Origin: Candidatus Latescibacterota bacterium
Lineage (GTDB): Bacteria; Latescibacterota; UBA2968; UBA8231
Assembly (NCBI GenBank): GCA_965248355.1
Contig: OZ252098.1
Coordinates: forward strand, 4,928,001-4,992,000
Reading direction: 5' to 3'
DNA: 64,000 nt
Shown here: in pieces, positions 1 through 9,985 of the stretch
Layout of the letters: every line of letters begins with the position of its first letter
How positions within the stretch are numbered: position 1 is the first letter of the stretch
The notes under the pieces: generated by a model
Seen by the model: only the letters and a program-made list of their open reading frames with translations
Told to the model about the DNA's origin: nothing
The model's database searches: none
Translations under genes and position numbers: made by a program

Positions 1-413
1 TTGTCGACGCGGGACTCGTCCACGGCCAGCCACATGGTGATCACCTCCATGGGCTGCAGCCGGTCCCCCCAGTAGACGCCGTCCTGATGCCAGGGCACGG
101 CCAGGCCGTCGTCGGCGCGCTTGCTGATGAAGTGGCTGGACCAGAGGACGATGTCGGGCCCGACGAAGCGCTCGATCACGTCCAGCACCCGCGGGTGGGC
201 GAGGTAGCGGAACAGGCAGGGGTGCTCGAAGTGGGGCACGTCGAGGGACTCGGGGCGCCGCTCCGGCGGCAGGGCGGCGATCAGGCCGTCCACGTAGCCG
301 CGCAGGTCCTCCAGCTCCGCCTCGGCAAAGAGGCGGCCGAAGGTCAGGTAGCCGTGCTCGCGGTAGAAGCGGACCTGCTCGTCGGTGACGGTCCTCTCGG
401 TCTTCCAGTTCAT
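1..413 (-). CDS. Phytanoyl-CoA dioxygenase (PhyH) family Fe(II)/2OG dioxygenase, 3' end outside the window
   Basis: Not in the ORF track. Manual translation from ATG at 413: MNWKTERTVTDEQVRFYREHGYL...SHFISK...VPWHQDGVYW...MWLAVD; contains the HxD iron motif. Confidence 0.85.
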   Translation of the reverse strand, partial: MNWKTERTVTDEQVRFYREHGYLTFGRLFAEAELEDLRGYVDGLIAALPPERRPESLDVPHFEHPCLFRYLAHPRVLDVIERFVGPDIVLWSSHFISKRADDGLAVPWHQDGVYWGDRLQPMEVITMWLAVDESRVD

Positions 414-502
414 GGGGCGGCGGCCTCGTGGATCGCAGAACTCGTGGACGGCATCGAACGTCTCAAGGGGCAGGGAATATGGGAAAAACAAGGAGGCGTG
501 AC

Positions 503-1053
503 ATGAGCACGCACATGCGGTATCTGGCGATCCTGGCGGTCTCGCCGCCGGCTGCTCCTCGGTGCGGACGGAGCACCCGGTCAGCGCCCATCCCGAGGCC
601 CTCGACAAGTCCCGGCTGGAAGGAGCCTGGCTGGTGGAGGAGGAGATCGTCCATCTGAAGTTCGGCGACGACAACGTGGGGAGGCTGGCCGCCCTGGAAT
701 GGAACGGCGGCGAGTTCCGCACCCGACGCTACGAGTTCGTCGTCGCCCACGCCGGCGAGGGCCGTTTCGTGAGCCTCCGGGAGGCGGGGGAGGAGCAATA
801 CGACTTGTTCGCCTACGAATTCGCGGACAACGGCGACCTCGTCGTCCGCAGTGAGTCCACCGATGCCTTTGCGCGCGCCGTCGAGGCGGGGCGGCTGCGG
901 GGGGAGGTCCGCAGGGACGGGGATGATACGGAGGTGGTGCTGGCCAGCCCCTCCGACAGCCTGCTCTCCTTCCTGTCGTCGGCGGCCCCCGGCGATCTGT
1001 TCGAAGGCACGGCCTTCGTCCTGAAGAGGCTACCCGCCGGCGACCCGGAGTGA
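503..1053 (+). CDS. Putative lipoprotein, frameshifted near 540
   Basis: AGGAGG at 491-496 and ATG at 503 give MSTHMRYLAILAV. Restoring one base near 540 joins this to LAAGC (lipobox)-SSVRTEHPV, the frame of ORF 562..1053. Confidence 0.6.
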
Positions 1054-2085
1054 CGGGGGCCGGACCGGCGCCAGGGACCGCTTCACCAGGTCCCCGAACG
1101 GGGTCAACCGGGTGCGGCTGCGGGAGGTGAACATGCTCGGCGTCCAGGCGTGGTCCCAGATCCAGGCGGTCCAGCCCAGGCCCAGCCCCTCGCAGTAGCC
1201 CACCAGGGCCTCGCCGTAGTTGCGCTCGCTGGCCGGGTGCTCGTCGCCGAACCCCCACTCCCCGAGAAAGACGGGGTACGTCATGGACAGCTCGGTGACG
1301 ACCCGCTTCCAGGCCACCCCCACCCAGGGATAGGGGTGGATCTCGTAGACGATGCCCTCCCGGCGCACCGGGTCGGCGAGGGCGCCGTCCAGCTCGCTGG
1401 CGAAGTTGACGCCGGAGACCAGGACCAGGGCGCCGGGGTGCTCGTCCCGCACCGCGTCGACCAGCTCCTCGGCCACCGGCCGCCACCGGCTCCAGGAGAT
1501 GAAGGCGGGCTCGTTGAAGACGCTGTAGATCACCCAGGGCCTGTCCCGGTAGCGGGCGGCGATCTCGGCCAGGGAGGCGAGAGCCAGCCCGAGGTCGGGA
1601 TCGTAGGGGTTGCCGCTCCAGGGGGGATCCCAGCCCCAGGGGGTGTCCTCCACCTCGCCGGTGAGTGGGTTGCCGTGGGCGTGATAGCCCAGCAGCAGGT
1701 ACAGCTCCCGCTCGCCGGCCCAGTCGACCAGGGGGTCGACGAAGTCCCGCAGGTAGGCCGGGTGGTTGGCCATCAGGCCGGGATGCATGGGCACGCGCAC
1801 GATGCCGGCCCCCCACTCGCGGACCAGGGTCTCCAGGTCCTGCTGGCTGGGCCTGGGCTGGTAGCGGAAGCCCCGGCCCACCAGCGGATCGACGACGGCC
1901 ACCCCCCGCAGGATGACGTCGGCGCCGCCGGCGTCGACGATGCGGTTCTCCTCCACGCGCAGGGCGGTGAACGACGTTGGGGGCGCCGGGTCCGTCACCA
2001 GCACCTGGGTGGGCAGCTCGCCGCAGGCGGCCGCCCACAGGGCCATGGCCGCGGCGGAGAAGGTCCGGGCGGCGGAGCCGAGCAT
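1030..2085 (-). CDS. Glycoside hydrolase family 5 (cellulase-like), probable lipoprotein
   Basis: C-terminal part of ORF 1030..3027. Signal-like N-terminus ending WAAAC; motifs ILRGV, VRVP, FNEP (acid/base), YEIHPY, FLGEWG (nucleophile) and WTAWIW. Confidence 0.85.
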   Translation of the reverse strand: MLGSAARTFSAAAMALWAAACGELPTQVLVTDPAPPTSFTALRVEENRIVDAGGADVILRGVAVVDPLVGRGFRYQPRPSQQDLETLVREWGAGIVRVPMHPGLMANHPAYLRDFVDPLVDWAGERELYLLLGYHAHGNPLTGEVEDTPWGWDPPWSGNPYDPDLGLALASLAEIAARYRDRPWVIYSVFNEPAFISWSRWRPVAEELVDAVRDEHPGALVLVSGVNFASELDGALADPVRREGIVYEIHPYPWVGVAWKRVVTELSMTYPVFLGEWGFGDEHPASERNYGEALVGYCEGLGLGWTAWIWDHAWTPSMFTSRSRTRLTPFGDLVKRSLAPVRPPSLRVAGG

Positions 2086-2123
2086 GCCGCCAGGCCTCCG
2101 CGGACCGGGCGCCGGCCGCGCCA

Positions 2124-2930
2124 CTATTCGTCCAGCCTGTGCCCGCAGTTGGGGCAGTTCCGCTCGCCGCCGTCGCGCGCCTGCAGCTCGTCGACGAAGC
2201 CGGCCCCCAGCAGGCCCGCGGGCAGGGCGAACATGCCGATGCCCAGCACGGCGATGCAGGCGGCGATGAACTTGCCCGCCCCGGTGACCGGGTAGTAGTC
2301 GCCGTAGCCGACGGTGGTCAGGGTGATCACCCCCCACCACATGGTCTGGGGAATGCTGGAGAACTTGTCGGGCTGGTCGTCGTGCTCGACGAAGTACATG
2401 AGCGAGGACGCGATCACCAGGAGGGTGACGAGCACGATGCAGATGCTGGCCAGCTCCTCCCGCTTGCCCAGCACCACCCGTCCGAGCAGCCTCAGCGCCC
2501 TCGAGTAGCGGAACAGCTTCGCCAGCCGGAAGAAACGCAACAGGCGGACGATGCGGATGAAGCGCATGTCCAGGCCGAAGAGGGGCAGGAAGAGGGGCAG
2601 GATGGCCAGCAGGTCGATCAGGGCCAGGGGCGTGACGGAGAACCGGAGCCGGCCCAGCACGGGACGCGGGTACCTCGGGTCCGCCGTGCACGACCACAGG
2701 CGCAACCCGTACTCGACGCTGAAGACGATCAGGGAGAACCGCTCGAACCAGCGAAAGGCGTCCGGGTGCAGGGCATGGACCGGCTCCACCGTCTCCAGGG
2801 TCAGGGCCACGATGTTGAGGAAGATCAGCCCCAGGATGCCGAGGTCCACGGCCCGGCTGCGGGGGTCGCCGTCGGACGAGACGGCCAGGAGATGGTGCAC
2901 TTGCTGCTTCAGCGGCATGAGGTGCCTCAT
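2124..2930 (-). CDS. Voltage-gated potassium channel (ion transporter family)
   Basis: TTVGYGD selectivity filter; S4 segment RIVRLLRFFRLAKLFR; ATG overlaps the upstream stop (ATGA at 2927-2930). Confidence 0.92.
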   Translation of the reverse strand: MRHLMPLKQQVHHLLAVSSDGDPRSRAVDLGILGLIFLNIVALTLETVEPVHALHPDAFRWFERFSLIVFSVEYGLRLWSCTADPRYPRPVLGRLRFSVTPLALIDLLAILPLFLPLFGLDMRFIRIVRLLRFFRLAKLFRYSRALRLLGRVVLGKREELASICIVLVTLLVIASSLMYFVEHDDQPDKFSSIPQTMWWGVITLTTVGYGDYYPVTGAGKFIAACIAVLGIGMFALPAGLLGAGFVDELQARDGGERNCPNCGHRLDE

Positions 2931-4564
2931 GGAGCGGGTGGGTGGAAGCGCAGCACAGTGGTCGGAACGGGCCGGTGGTGCCACAGCACCTGGAAGCGGT
3001 CCTTGTACTCGTCGATGGCCCGAACAAGGTAGTCGGTGGTCTGGCTGTACCCCAGGCTCTCCAGCACGACGTAGTCCACCCCCTCGTGCTCCATGCGGGA
3101 GAGTACCGCCGCCGGCTCTTCGAAGGGGAATCCGACAGTTCGCCGGCCGGAGACGATGTACATCCAGAAGCCTTTCCGGCAGAGAACGATGGCTTCTTCC
3201 GGGGTGTTGGCCTCGAGCCACTTACCGGCCTGGTAGTAGCGCGCCCAGTTCGGCGGGTAGTCGTCGTCAGCGTAGTCGGACAGGCGCTTGACGCCGCCGG
3301 CGTGGGCGATGAGCCACGCCGTCAGACATCCCCATACCGCGAGTCGGCTGGCATGGCTTGCCGCCCTGCCCGTTGCCGCCAGTCTGTCGCGGATCTGCAG
3401 AACCGTCCAGACCCCCAGCAGGACGACCACCGGAACGACGGGCACGAGGAAGCGGTCCCCTGACCAGAACCACAACAGCACCATGCCCATGAAGAAGGCC
3501 GCGTAGAGAAGGAGCAGGTGTTCGCCTCGCCGGATGCAGAGGACCGTCGCGGCGGTGGCCAGCACGATCAGCAACAGGGGCGCGGGGTGGAGAATGGTAT
3601 CCGTACCGCCGAAGGAAGGCACCAGGAGTTCGGGCCATCCCCTCAGATAGCGATCCACTTGTCCGATGAAGCGATCGAGGAAACCGGGCAGGTCGAGCCA
3701 GCCCTGCTCCGGATAGTACGGGTTGACCATGAAGAGCTGCTTGAGATAGACGCCGCCGCCGCCCACGGCTTGGTTGCGCAAGGTCCACGGCAGCCAGCAG
3801 ACGAATGTCGCGCCCACAAAGAGGAGACCGCGGCGGAAATCACGCCGGAGGAATAGCCAGGCCGCCACGGCCGCCACCAGCGCGATCCCGGCCGTGCGGA
3901 TGTAGCAGGCCCAGATGGTGCAGGCCATGCCGCCGAGGAGCCACCAGTTCCCCCGGATCCCCTCGCGCCTGGCTCCCCGGTCGACGAGCCAGAGGGCCAG
4001 GAGAGAGAAGGTCAGATAGGGAACCTCGGACATGACTTGGTGCGCGTAGTGGAGCAACAGTGGGCCATACGTCTCGCCGTCCGTCCCGTGGGTCAGATAG
4101 CTCTTGCCGGCCATCAGGCTCAGGGCCACCACCGCGAGCCCGGGCCAGACGCCCACCCGCTCCCTGGCCAACTGGTAGAGCACGCCCATCCCCAGTGAGA
4201 ACAAGGCCAGGACGAGAGCCTTCATGGGTACCCAATCATCCGGGAAGGCCCATGCCAGGGGAGCCAGCAGGAGGGGAAACCCGAAGGGGGTCTTGGTCGA
4301 AGGTTGTGGGTCGGGGGCGTTGATGTGGGACAGGCCCTCGCCCTGGGCCAGGCTGCGGGCCAGGGTGATGAACGCGGCGTTGTCGCCGCTGAGGGAAAGC
4401 TTGGAATCGAAGGTCCAAAGCCCCAGGACGAGGGTAGCCGCCATCACCAGGAGAGGAAGGCCGTAGCGCGCCTTTGCCGTCTCCGGCCAAGGGGTCCCTC
4501 GGGGGGTATCCGCGGTGGGCTCCCGGTGCGATCTCTCGCCCGATTCCTTCCTCCGGGACTTCAT
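2927..4564 (-). CDS. Polytopic membrane glycosyltransferase (GT-C, ArnT/PMT-like)
   Basis: Many TM segments; GDNAAFITLARSLAQG, PFGFPLLLAP and MSEVPY motifs; C-terminal WLEANTPEEA periplasmic domain; AGGAG upstream of ATG 4564. Confidence 0.7.
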   Translation of the reverse strand: MKSRRKESGERSHREPTADTPRGTPWPETAKARYGLPLLVMAATLVLGLWTFDSKLSLSGDNAAFITLARSLAQGEGLSHINAPDPQPSTKTPFGFPLLLAPLAWAFPDDWVPMKALVLALFSLGMGVLYQLARERVGVWPGLAVVALSLMAGKSYLTHGTDGETYGPLLLHYAHQVMSEVPYLTFSLLALWLVDRGARREGIRGNWWLLGGMACTIWACYIRTAGIALVAAVAAWLFLRRDFRRGLLFVGATFVCWLPWTLRNQAVGGGGVYLKQLFMVNPYYPEQGWLDLPGFLDRFIGQVDRYLRGWPELLVPSFGGTDTILHPAPLLLIVLATAATVLCIRRGEHLLLLYAAFFMGMVLLWFWSGDRFLVPVVPVVVLLGVWTVLQIRDRLAATGRAASHASRLAVWGCLTAWLIAHAGGVKRLSDYADDDYPPNWARYYQAGKWLEANTPEEAIVLCRKGFWMYIVSGRRTVGFPFEEPAAVLSRMEHEGVDYVVLESLGYSQTTDYLVRAIDEYKDRFQVLWHHRPVPTTVLRFHPPAP

Positions 4565-4618
4565 CCTGACTCCTCCTGGGCCCACAGACTGGGGGGCTGC
4601 AGGGTTGCTCCGGGAATT

Positions 4619-6436
4619 CTACGGGCCATACCACCCCGCCTGCAGGGACCACATGCGCGCGTACTCCCCGCCCCGGGAGACCAGCTCGTCGTGGGTTCCG
4701 TTCTCCACGAGCCGGCCCTCCTTCAACACCAGGATCCGGTCGCACAGCCGCGCCGAACCCAGGCGGTGGGAGACGACGATGGTGGTCCGTCCTCCGGACA
4801 TGGACAGGAAGCGGCGGAAGACGTCGGCCTCGGCCTGCGGATCCAGGGAAGCGGTCGGCTCGTCGAGGACGACGAGGCCGGCGCGGCGCATGAAGCCGCG
4901 GGAGATGGCGACGCGCTGCCACTCGCCGCCGGACAGCTCCGTGCCTCCTTCGAACTCGCGCGTGAGCAGGGTGTCGTAGCTCTTGGGGAGGTGGCCCGCA
5001 ACAGTGTCGGCCCCGCCCTGGCGCGCGGCGCGCTCGATCTCGCTTCGCTCCCCCATCCTCTCGCTGCGTCCGAAGCCGATGTTCTCGCCGAGGGTGAAGG
5101 CGAAGCGGGTGTAGTCCTGGAAGACCGCGGCCGACTGGTCCCGCAGTTGGTCGCGGTCCACCTCTTCCGCGTGGAGGCCGCCGTAGCGCAGCTCGCCGCT
5201 TGTGGGCCGGAACAGCCCCAGCAGGATCTTGACGAGGGTGGTCTTGCCGGCGCCGTTGGCGCCCACCAGGGCGACGCGCTCGCCGGGTCGGATGGTGAAG
5301 GTGATCTCCTCGAGGGCGGGGCGTTCCGCCCGAGGATACCGGAAGGAGAGGCGGCGAGCCTCGATCGGAGTCCTGTCGAGGGCGCCGATGTTTCTCCCTC
5401 CCTTTGGCTCTTCGGGACCGAGGTCGAGGTAGATGAACAGATCCGCGATGTTGAGCAGCCGCACGGCCAGGAAACCCATGCGGTTGACGAGTCGGGCGAC
5501 GCCGAGCCGCACCTGGCGCAGGGCGACGATCATGGCGGCGAACTGCCCGGCCGACAGTCCGCCTGCGAGGACAGCCCACGCCGCCCAGCCGACGCCGGCG
5601 CCCAGGGCCAGAAGGCTGAAGGCGGACAGGGCACCGCCGACGGCGTAGTGCCGGCGCCGCTGCCGGTAGAGGAGGTCGGCAACCTTCCAGTAGAGGTGCT
5701 CCCACCATCCGGTCAGGACCGGTCCAAGTCCGAAGACGCGCACCTCCTTGGCGGCGTCGCGTCCGGTGAGCGCCCCCTCCAGGTACCCCCGCAGGCGCTG
5801 CGCCTGGGTTTGCTCGCGATGGAGATGGAAGTGCTGCAGGTTGTGGACCATCCCGGCCAGCGGCTCCGGCAGCGAGACGAGGACGACGGCCACGAGGAGC
5901 AGCGGGTCCCAGAGCCCGACCACGACGGCCACCGAGACGGCGGTCACCGTTCCCGTGATGATGGCGTAGGTGGCGCCGAGAACGTTGAGGAAGAAGCCGG
6001 GGGTCGCCGTCTCCTGGGCGCGGCGCAGGAGATCGTGGAAGTCGGCGCGCTCGAAGACCTCCAGACGGAGGGTCCGGCATTTCGCCTGGAGCTGCTCGAG
6101 GAGACGGTCCTCCATCTCCTGCTTCAGCCGCTCGAGCAGGATCGTCCAGGACCACTCCCGGATGCCGGTCTGGGCCAGGCTCACGGCCGCCCACAGGGCC
6201 AGCCACGGGAGCATGGCATCGGCGGGCAGCACGTCCTCGTACACGTCCAGGCCGCGGTCGAAGAGTTCCCGGACGACCCAGACCGTCGCGGCGGGCAGCA
6301 GGCCGGCAGTGAACTGTAGTCCCAGCGAGGCGGTGGCCCGCCGGGGGTCGGTGCGGATCATCCATATGAGGAAACGGAGAAAAGTCCGCGGCGCCGGGGG
6401 GCGCTGGAGGGTCGGGTCGGGCTCTACCGGTACCAC
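4619..6436 (-). CDS. ABC exporter, fused permease/ATP-binding subunit
   Basis: C-terminal part of ORF 4619..8038. GANGAGKT, LSGGEWQR, VLDEP and SHRL motifs; GTG start with GGAGG, overlapping the upstream gene. Confidence 0.88.
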   Translation of the reverse strand: MVPVEPDPTLQRPPAPRTFLRFLIWMIRTDPRRATASLGLQFTAGLLPAATVWVVRELFDRGLDVYEDVLPADAMLPWLALWAAVSLAQTGIREWSWTILLERLKQEMEDRLLEQLQAKCRTLRLEVFERADFHDLLRRAQETATPGFFLNVLGATYAIITGTVTAVSVAVVVGLWDPLLLVAVVLVSLPEPLAGMVHNLQHFHLHREQTQAQRLRGYLEGALTGRDAAKEVRVFGLGPVLTGWWEHLYWKVADLLYRQRRRHYAVGGALSAFSLLALGAGVGWAAWAVLAGGLSAGQFAAMIVALRQVRLGVARLVNRMGFLAVRLLNIADLFIYLDLGPEEPKGGRNIGALDRTPIEARRLSFRYPRAERPALEEITFTIRPGERVALVGANGAGKTTLVKILLGLFRPTSGELRYGGLHAEEVDRDQLRDQSAAVFQDYTRFAFTLGENIGFGRSERMGERSEIERAARQGGADTVAGHLPKSYDTLLTREFEGGTELSGGEWQRVAISRGFMRRAGLVVLDEPTASLDPQAEADVFRRFLSMSGGRTTIVVSHRLGSARLCDRILVLKEGRLVENGTHDELVSRGGEYARMWSLQAGWYGP

Positions 6437-8328
6437 GACGCCTGTTCCTCCCACATGGCGGCGTAGACCCCCCGCGCCGCCACCAGCTCGTCGTGACCGC
6501 CCTGCTCGACGATGCGGCCCTTCTGCAGCACGAGGATGCGGTCGGCCATGCGCGCCGAGCCGAGGCGGTGGCTGATGAGCAAGGCGGTGCGCCCCTCGAG
6601 AAGCCCGGCGAACTGCCGATACAGCTCGGCTTCGGCCACGGCGTCGAGGGAGGCCGCCGGCTCGTCGAGGATGAGCAGCTCCGGATTGCGGGTGAAGGCG
6701 CGGGCGAGGGCGAGGCGCTGCCACTCGCCGACGGAGAGGCCCTGGCCGCCGTCGAGGACGTGGCCGACAGGCGTGTCGTACCCGCCGGGAAGCCGTTGAG
6801 CGAGCTCTTCGGCCCCGGACCGCCGTGCGGCATCGGCGACCACCGCCGGGTCGGGTTGCAGCCACCGGGGCCACAGGTCGTGATGAGGCTTCGCCGACGG
6901 CGCTGCCGGCGCGGCGATGCCGATGGACTGCCCGAGGGTGAATTCGAAGCGGAAGTAGTCCTGGAAGGCGGCGCTCACGGCGCCGGCCAGGCTGTCGGGG
7001 TCGATCTCGCCGTAGTCGCGGCCGTCGGCCAGGACACGGCCGGCCGTGGGCGGATAGAGGCCGAGGAGGATCTTGGCCAGGGTCGACTTGCCGGATCCGT
7101 TCTCGCCGACGAGGGCCACCCTCTCTCCCGGGGCCAGGTGAAAGCCGACCCCCTGCAGCACGGGAGGGGCCGCCTTGTCGGAGGCGGAGGCCGGATAGGC
7201 GAAGTGGACGGCCTCGACCTCGATCCCCTGGCGCAGTGGCCGTGGGAACGGCGCTCTCCCGGACCGCCCGGCCGAGGCAGCCTCGGCTGCGCCGTCGTGA
7301 AACTGCGGGTCGAGGAACTCCCGCACGTAACCGACCTCGGCGGACTCGGCCTGCAGCTCCCTGGAGTTGTTGCCGAGACTGCCGCCGGCGCCCAGCATGT
7401 CGTCGACTCCCTGGAAGAGGGCGACGAAGCTTCCGGGCGTGAGGACCCGGTCGCCGAGCAGGTACGCCAGGACTCCGGCCACGCCGGCCCCCACGGCCAC
7501 GCCCAGCCCGCTGACCGGGAGCACTCCCATGAACTGGCGGCGGCGCTGCTCGAAGAGTCGCTCGCGCAGCACCTGGCGCATCCCGCGCCAGCGCCCGGTG
7601 AGGTGGCCGTGCAGGGCGAAGAGGCGCATCTCCTGCTGCTCCCCCCGCCCGGTGAGGATGCGGTCCACGTACCCGGCGCGGCGCTCCTCCGGGGTCTCGC
7701 CGTAGGTGAAGGCCATGAACTTGCGGCTCCGCTCGATCTCCAGCCGCACCTGGGGAACCAGCACCGCCAGCAGGGCCAGCGAGATCCACGGGCTGACCGG
7801 GGCGAACATGGCGGCCACCGAGACCGCCGTGATCACCGCCTGGAAGAACTGCAGGACGGTGAACAACAGCCGGCTGACCCTGCGCCCCGGATTCCGGGCC
7901 CGCTCGAGGCGGTCGTAGGTCTCGCTGGCCTCGAAGAACAGCAGGGGCAGACGCGACGACGTCGTCAGCAGGCGGCGGCCCAGGACGTGGGCGAGGACCT
8001 GCTCGAGCCGCAGATGGAGGATGTCGCGCACGTTCCACAGCACTTCCCTGGTAAGCAGCAGAAGCAGGCCGAAGGCGATCAGCCAGGGGAGAGCGTCGCC
8101 GAAGCCCGCCGGGCCGCCGCCGGCGGCGTCGACCACGGTGTCGACGAGGTTCCGGGTGACGTGGATGAGCAGGGCCGGCTGAAGGCCCAGCAGGAGCTGG
8201 ATGACGATCAGGCCGAGGGCCGCGGCGCTCGCATGGGCCCAGGCGTGGCTCCAGGCCCAGCGCACGTTGACGGCGATGTTCGCGGCGCTGGAGCGCCGGT
8301 TCCAGTACTCGAGGTCGATTCTACCCAC
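6424..8328 (-). CDS. ABC exporter, fused permease/ATP-binding subunit
   Basis: N-terminal TM domain; GENGSGKS, LSVGEWQR, ILDEP and SHRL motifs. Confidence 0.9.
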   Translation of the reverse strand: MGRIDLEYWNRRSSAANIAVNVRWAWSHAWAHASAAALGLIVIQLLLGLQPALLIHVTRNLVDTVVDAAGGGPAGFGDALPWLIAFGLLLLLTREVLWNVRDILHLRLEQVLAHVLGRRLLTTSSRLPLLFFEASETYDRLERARNPGRRVSRLLFTVLQFFQAVITAVSVAAMFAPVSPWISLALLAVLVPQVRLEIERSRKFMAFTYGETPEERRAGYVDRILTGRGEQQEMRLFALHGHLTGRWRGMRQVLRERLFEQRRRQFMGVLPVSGLGVAVGAGVAGVLAYLLGDRVLTPGSFVALFQGVDDMLGAGGSLGNNSRELQAESAEVGYVREFLDPQFHDGAAEAASAGRSGRAPFPRPLRQGIEVEAVHFAYPASASDKAAPPVLQGVGFHLAPGERVALVGENGSGKSTLAKILLGLYPPTAGRVLADGRDYGEIDPDSLAGAVSAAFQDYFRFEFTLGQSIGIAAPAAPSAKPHHDLWPRWLQPDPAVVADAARRSGAEELAQRLPGGYDTPVGHVLDGGQGLSVGEWQRLALARAFTRNPELLILDEPAASLDAVAEAELYRQFAGLLEGRTALLISHRLGSARMADRILVLQKGRIVEQGGHDELVAARGVYAAMWEEQASWYR

Positions 8329-8455
8329 GGGGCGCGGCTCTCAGGCGGGGCCGGAACTCAGGAACCGGCGCACCCCCATTTGACGCGTTGATGCTCCGGC
8401 CCTTCTTAGAGGCAGCACACAAGGGCTGCGGCCAGGCCGCTACCAAGGAGATGAC

Positions 8456-9262
8456 ATGACGACCACGGCGGAAGCAAGGACTCTCAGGGCGCTGACGGAG
8501 GACCAGGTCACGAGCTTCGCGGTGAACGGCTTCCTCGTGGTGGAGGACCTGCTGTCGCCCGCGGAGGTCGAGGCCCTGTCGGCGCGCACCGACCAGATCG
8601 CGGCGGGGGAGGCGGAGCACGTCTCGGCGGACCGGGTGCAGCTCGAGCGCATCTACCGGGACGGGGAGGCGGAGGTCCGGGACCGCGTGCTGGCGGTGCG
8701 CAAGCTCTACCGCATCGCCGTGCAGGACGACGTCATGTGGGGGCACGCGAGCAACCCGAAGATCGTCGACATCATCGCCGACCTGCTCGGCAGCGAAGAC
8801 ATCAAGATGTACGGCGACCAGCTCTTCATGAAGCCGCCCGGGATCGGCGCCGAGCAGCCCTGGCATCAGGACTCGGCCTCGTGGCGCGACATCTTTCCCA
8901 TGGACCTGGTCTCGGCGTGGACGGCGATCGACGAGGCCGACCGCGGCAACGGCTGCCTGGAGTTCGTGCCCGGCACCCAGCGCTGGGGGATGATGCAGAG
9001 GCCGCGGCTGCGGACCTTCCACGAGGATCTCGGCCGGGAGCCGTGGCCGGCCGTGGCCGTGCCGCTGAGGCCGGGCAGCGTCAGCTTCCACCACAGCCTC
9101 ACCGTCCACCGCAGCGGCGCCAACACCTCCGGCCGCCGGCGCCGGGGCTACGCCGTGCACTACATGCGGGCCACGTCGTGGCAGGACGAGTCCGTCACCG
9201 ACGCGCCGGAGCAGCCGCCCTTCCGCCAAGTGCGGGGCCGCTCCTACCCGGGCCGGGTGTAG
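8456..9262 (+). CDS. PhyH family Fe(II)/2OG dioxygenase
   Basis: FMKPP...PWHQD, NGCL.FVPG and HRSGANTS..RRRG motifs; AAGGAG ribosome-binding site. Confidence 0.9.
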   Translation: MTTTAEARTLRALTEDQVTSFAVNGFLVVEDLLSPAEVEALSARTDQIAAGEAEHVSADRVQLERIYRDGEAEVRDRVLAVRKLYRIAVQDDVMWGHASNPKIVDIIADLLGSEDIKMYGDQLFMKPPGIGAEQPWHQDSASWRDIFPMDLVSAWTAIDEADRGNGCLEFVPGTQRWGMMQRPRLRTFHEDLGREPWPAVAVPLRPGSVSFHHSLTVHRSGANTSGRRRRGYAVHYMRATSWQDESVTDAPEQPPFRQVRGRSYPGRV

Positions 9263-9320
9263 GCGCGGGGGACGGCCCAGGCGACGGGGGCAGCAGCCTT
9301 CGACGCGGGCAGCGACCCCC

Positions 9321-9926
9321 TCACTTCAGACATCCCCGCACGGCTTCCCGGTAGCTCTCCAGACCGGGCGTTTTCAGGCCCTTCGCCTTGGCCAGGTCGT
9401 CCCACTTCCTCAGCTGCACGGCGGTTTCCCAGTGGGCATTGCGCTCGAAGGCGGCTTTCTCGGCGTCGGACATGAACCCGCCCTGCAGCTCGAAGCTCCG
9501 TTGGGAGGCCCTCGACAGGGTCTGGTAATAGTCCCGGTCCACGGTGCAGATGTAGCGCTTGGCCGGCACGTGCAGCCCCACCGGCTCGGTCACGGCGTCG
9601 ATGAAGAAGGGCTCCAGGTACTCGGCTCCCACCTCTTCGTGGCACAGATCCTCGGTGAGGAAGTCGACCTCCTCGTTGTGCTCGTCCACCAGGAAATGGC
9701 CGAGGTCGTGCAGCAGGGCGCCCGTCATCTGCACCCCGTCGCCTCCGGATAGCCGCGCCTGGTTGGCGCACTGCAGGGCATGGTCGAGCTGGGTCACGGT
9801 CTCGTCGTAGAAGGACTGCCCCTGCCGCTCCATGTAGGCGAACAGGAGATCGACCTTGCGGTCAGGCCCGGCCTGTTCCAGCTCCCTGGCCAGGGAGGGA
9901 TCCACGAGCTCGCTCATGTGTGCCAT
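9321..9926 (-). CDS. HD-domain diiron oxygenase, PhnZ/TmpB-like
   Basis: TQLDHALQCA, ALLHDLGH, HEEVGAEYL, HVPAKRY, LS.AS..S...QGG and WDDLAK motifs typical of the PhnZ family. Confidence 0.8.
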   Translation of the reverse strand: MAHMSELVDPSLARELEQAGPDRKVDLLFAYMERQGQSFYDETVTQLDHALQCANQARLSGGDGVQMTGALLHDLGHFLVDEHNEEVDFLTEDLCHEEVGAEYLEPFFIDAVTEPVGLHVPAKRYICTVDRDYYQTLSRASQRSFELQGGFMSDAEKAAFERNAHWETAVQLRKWDDLAKAKGLKTPGLESYREAVRGCLK

Positions 9927-9985
9927 GTCAGCAGCCTCTCTATTCTATCGTCAAAGATCGCTCAATAAACCGAGGAAGGATGGTC

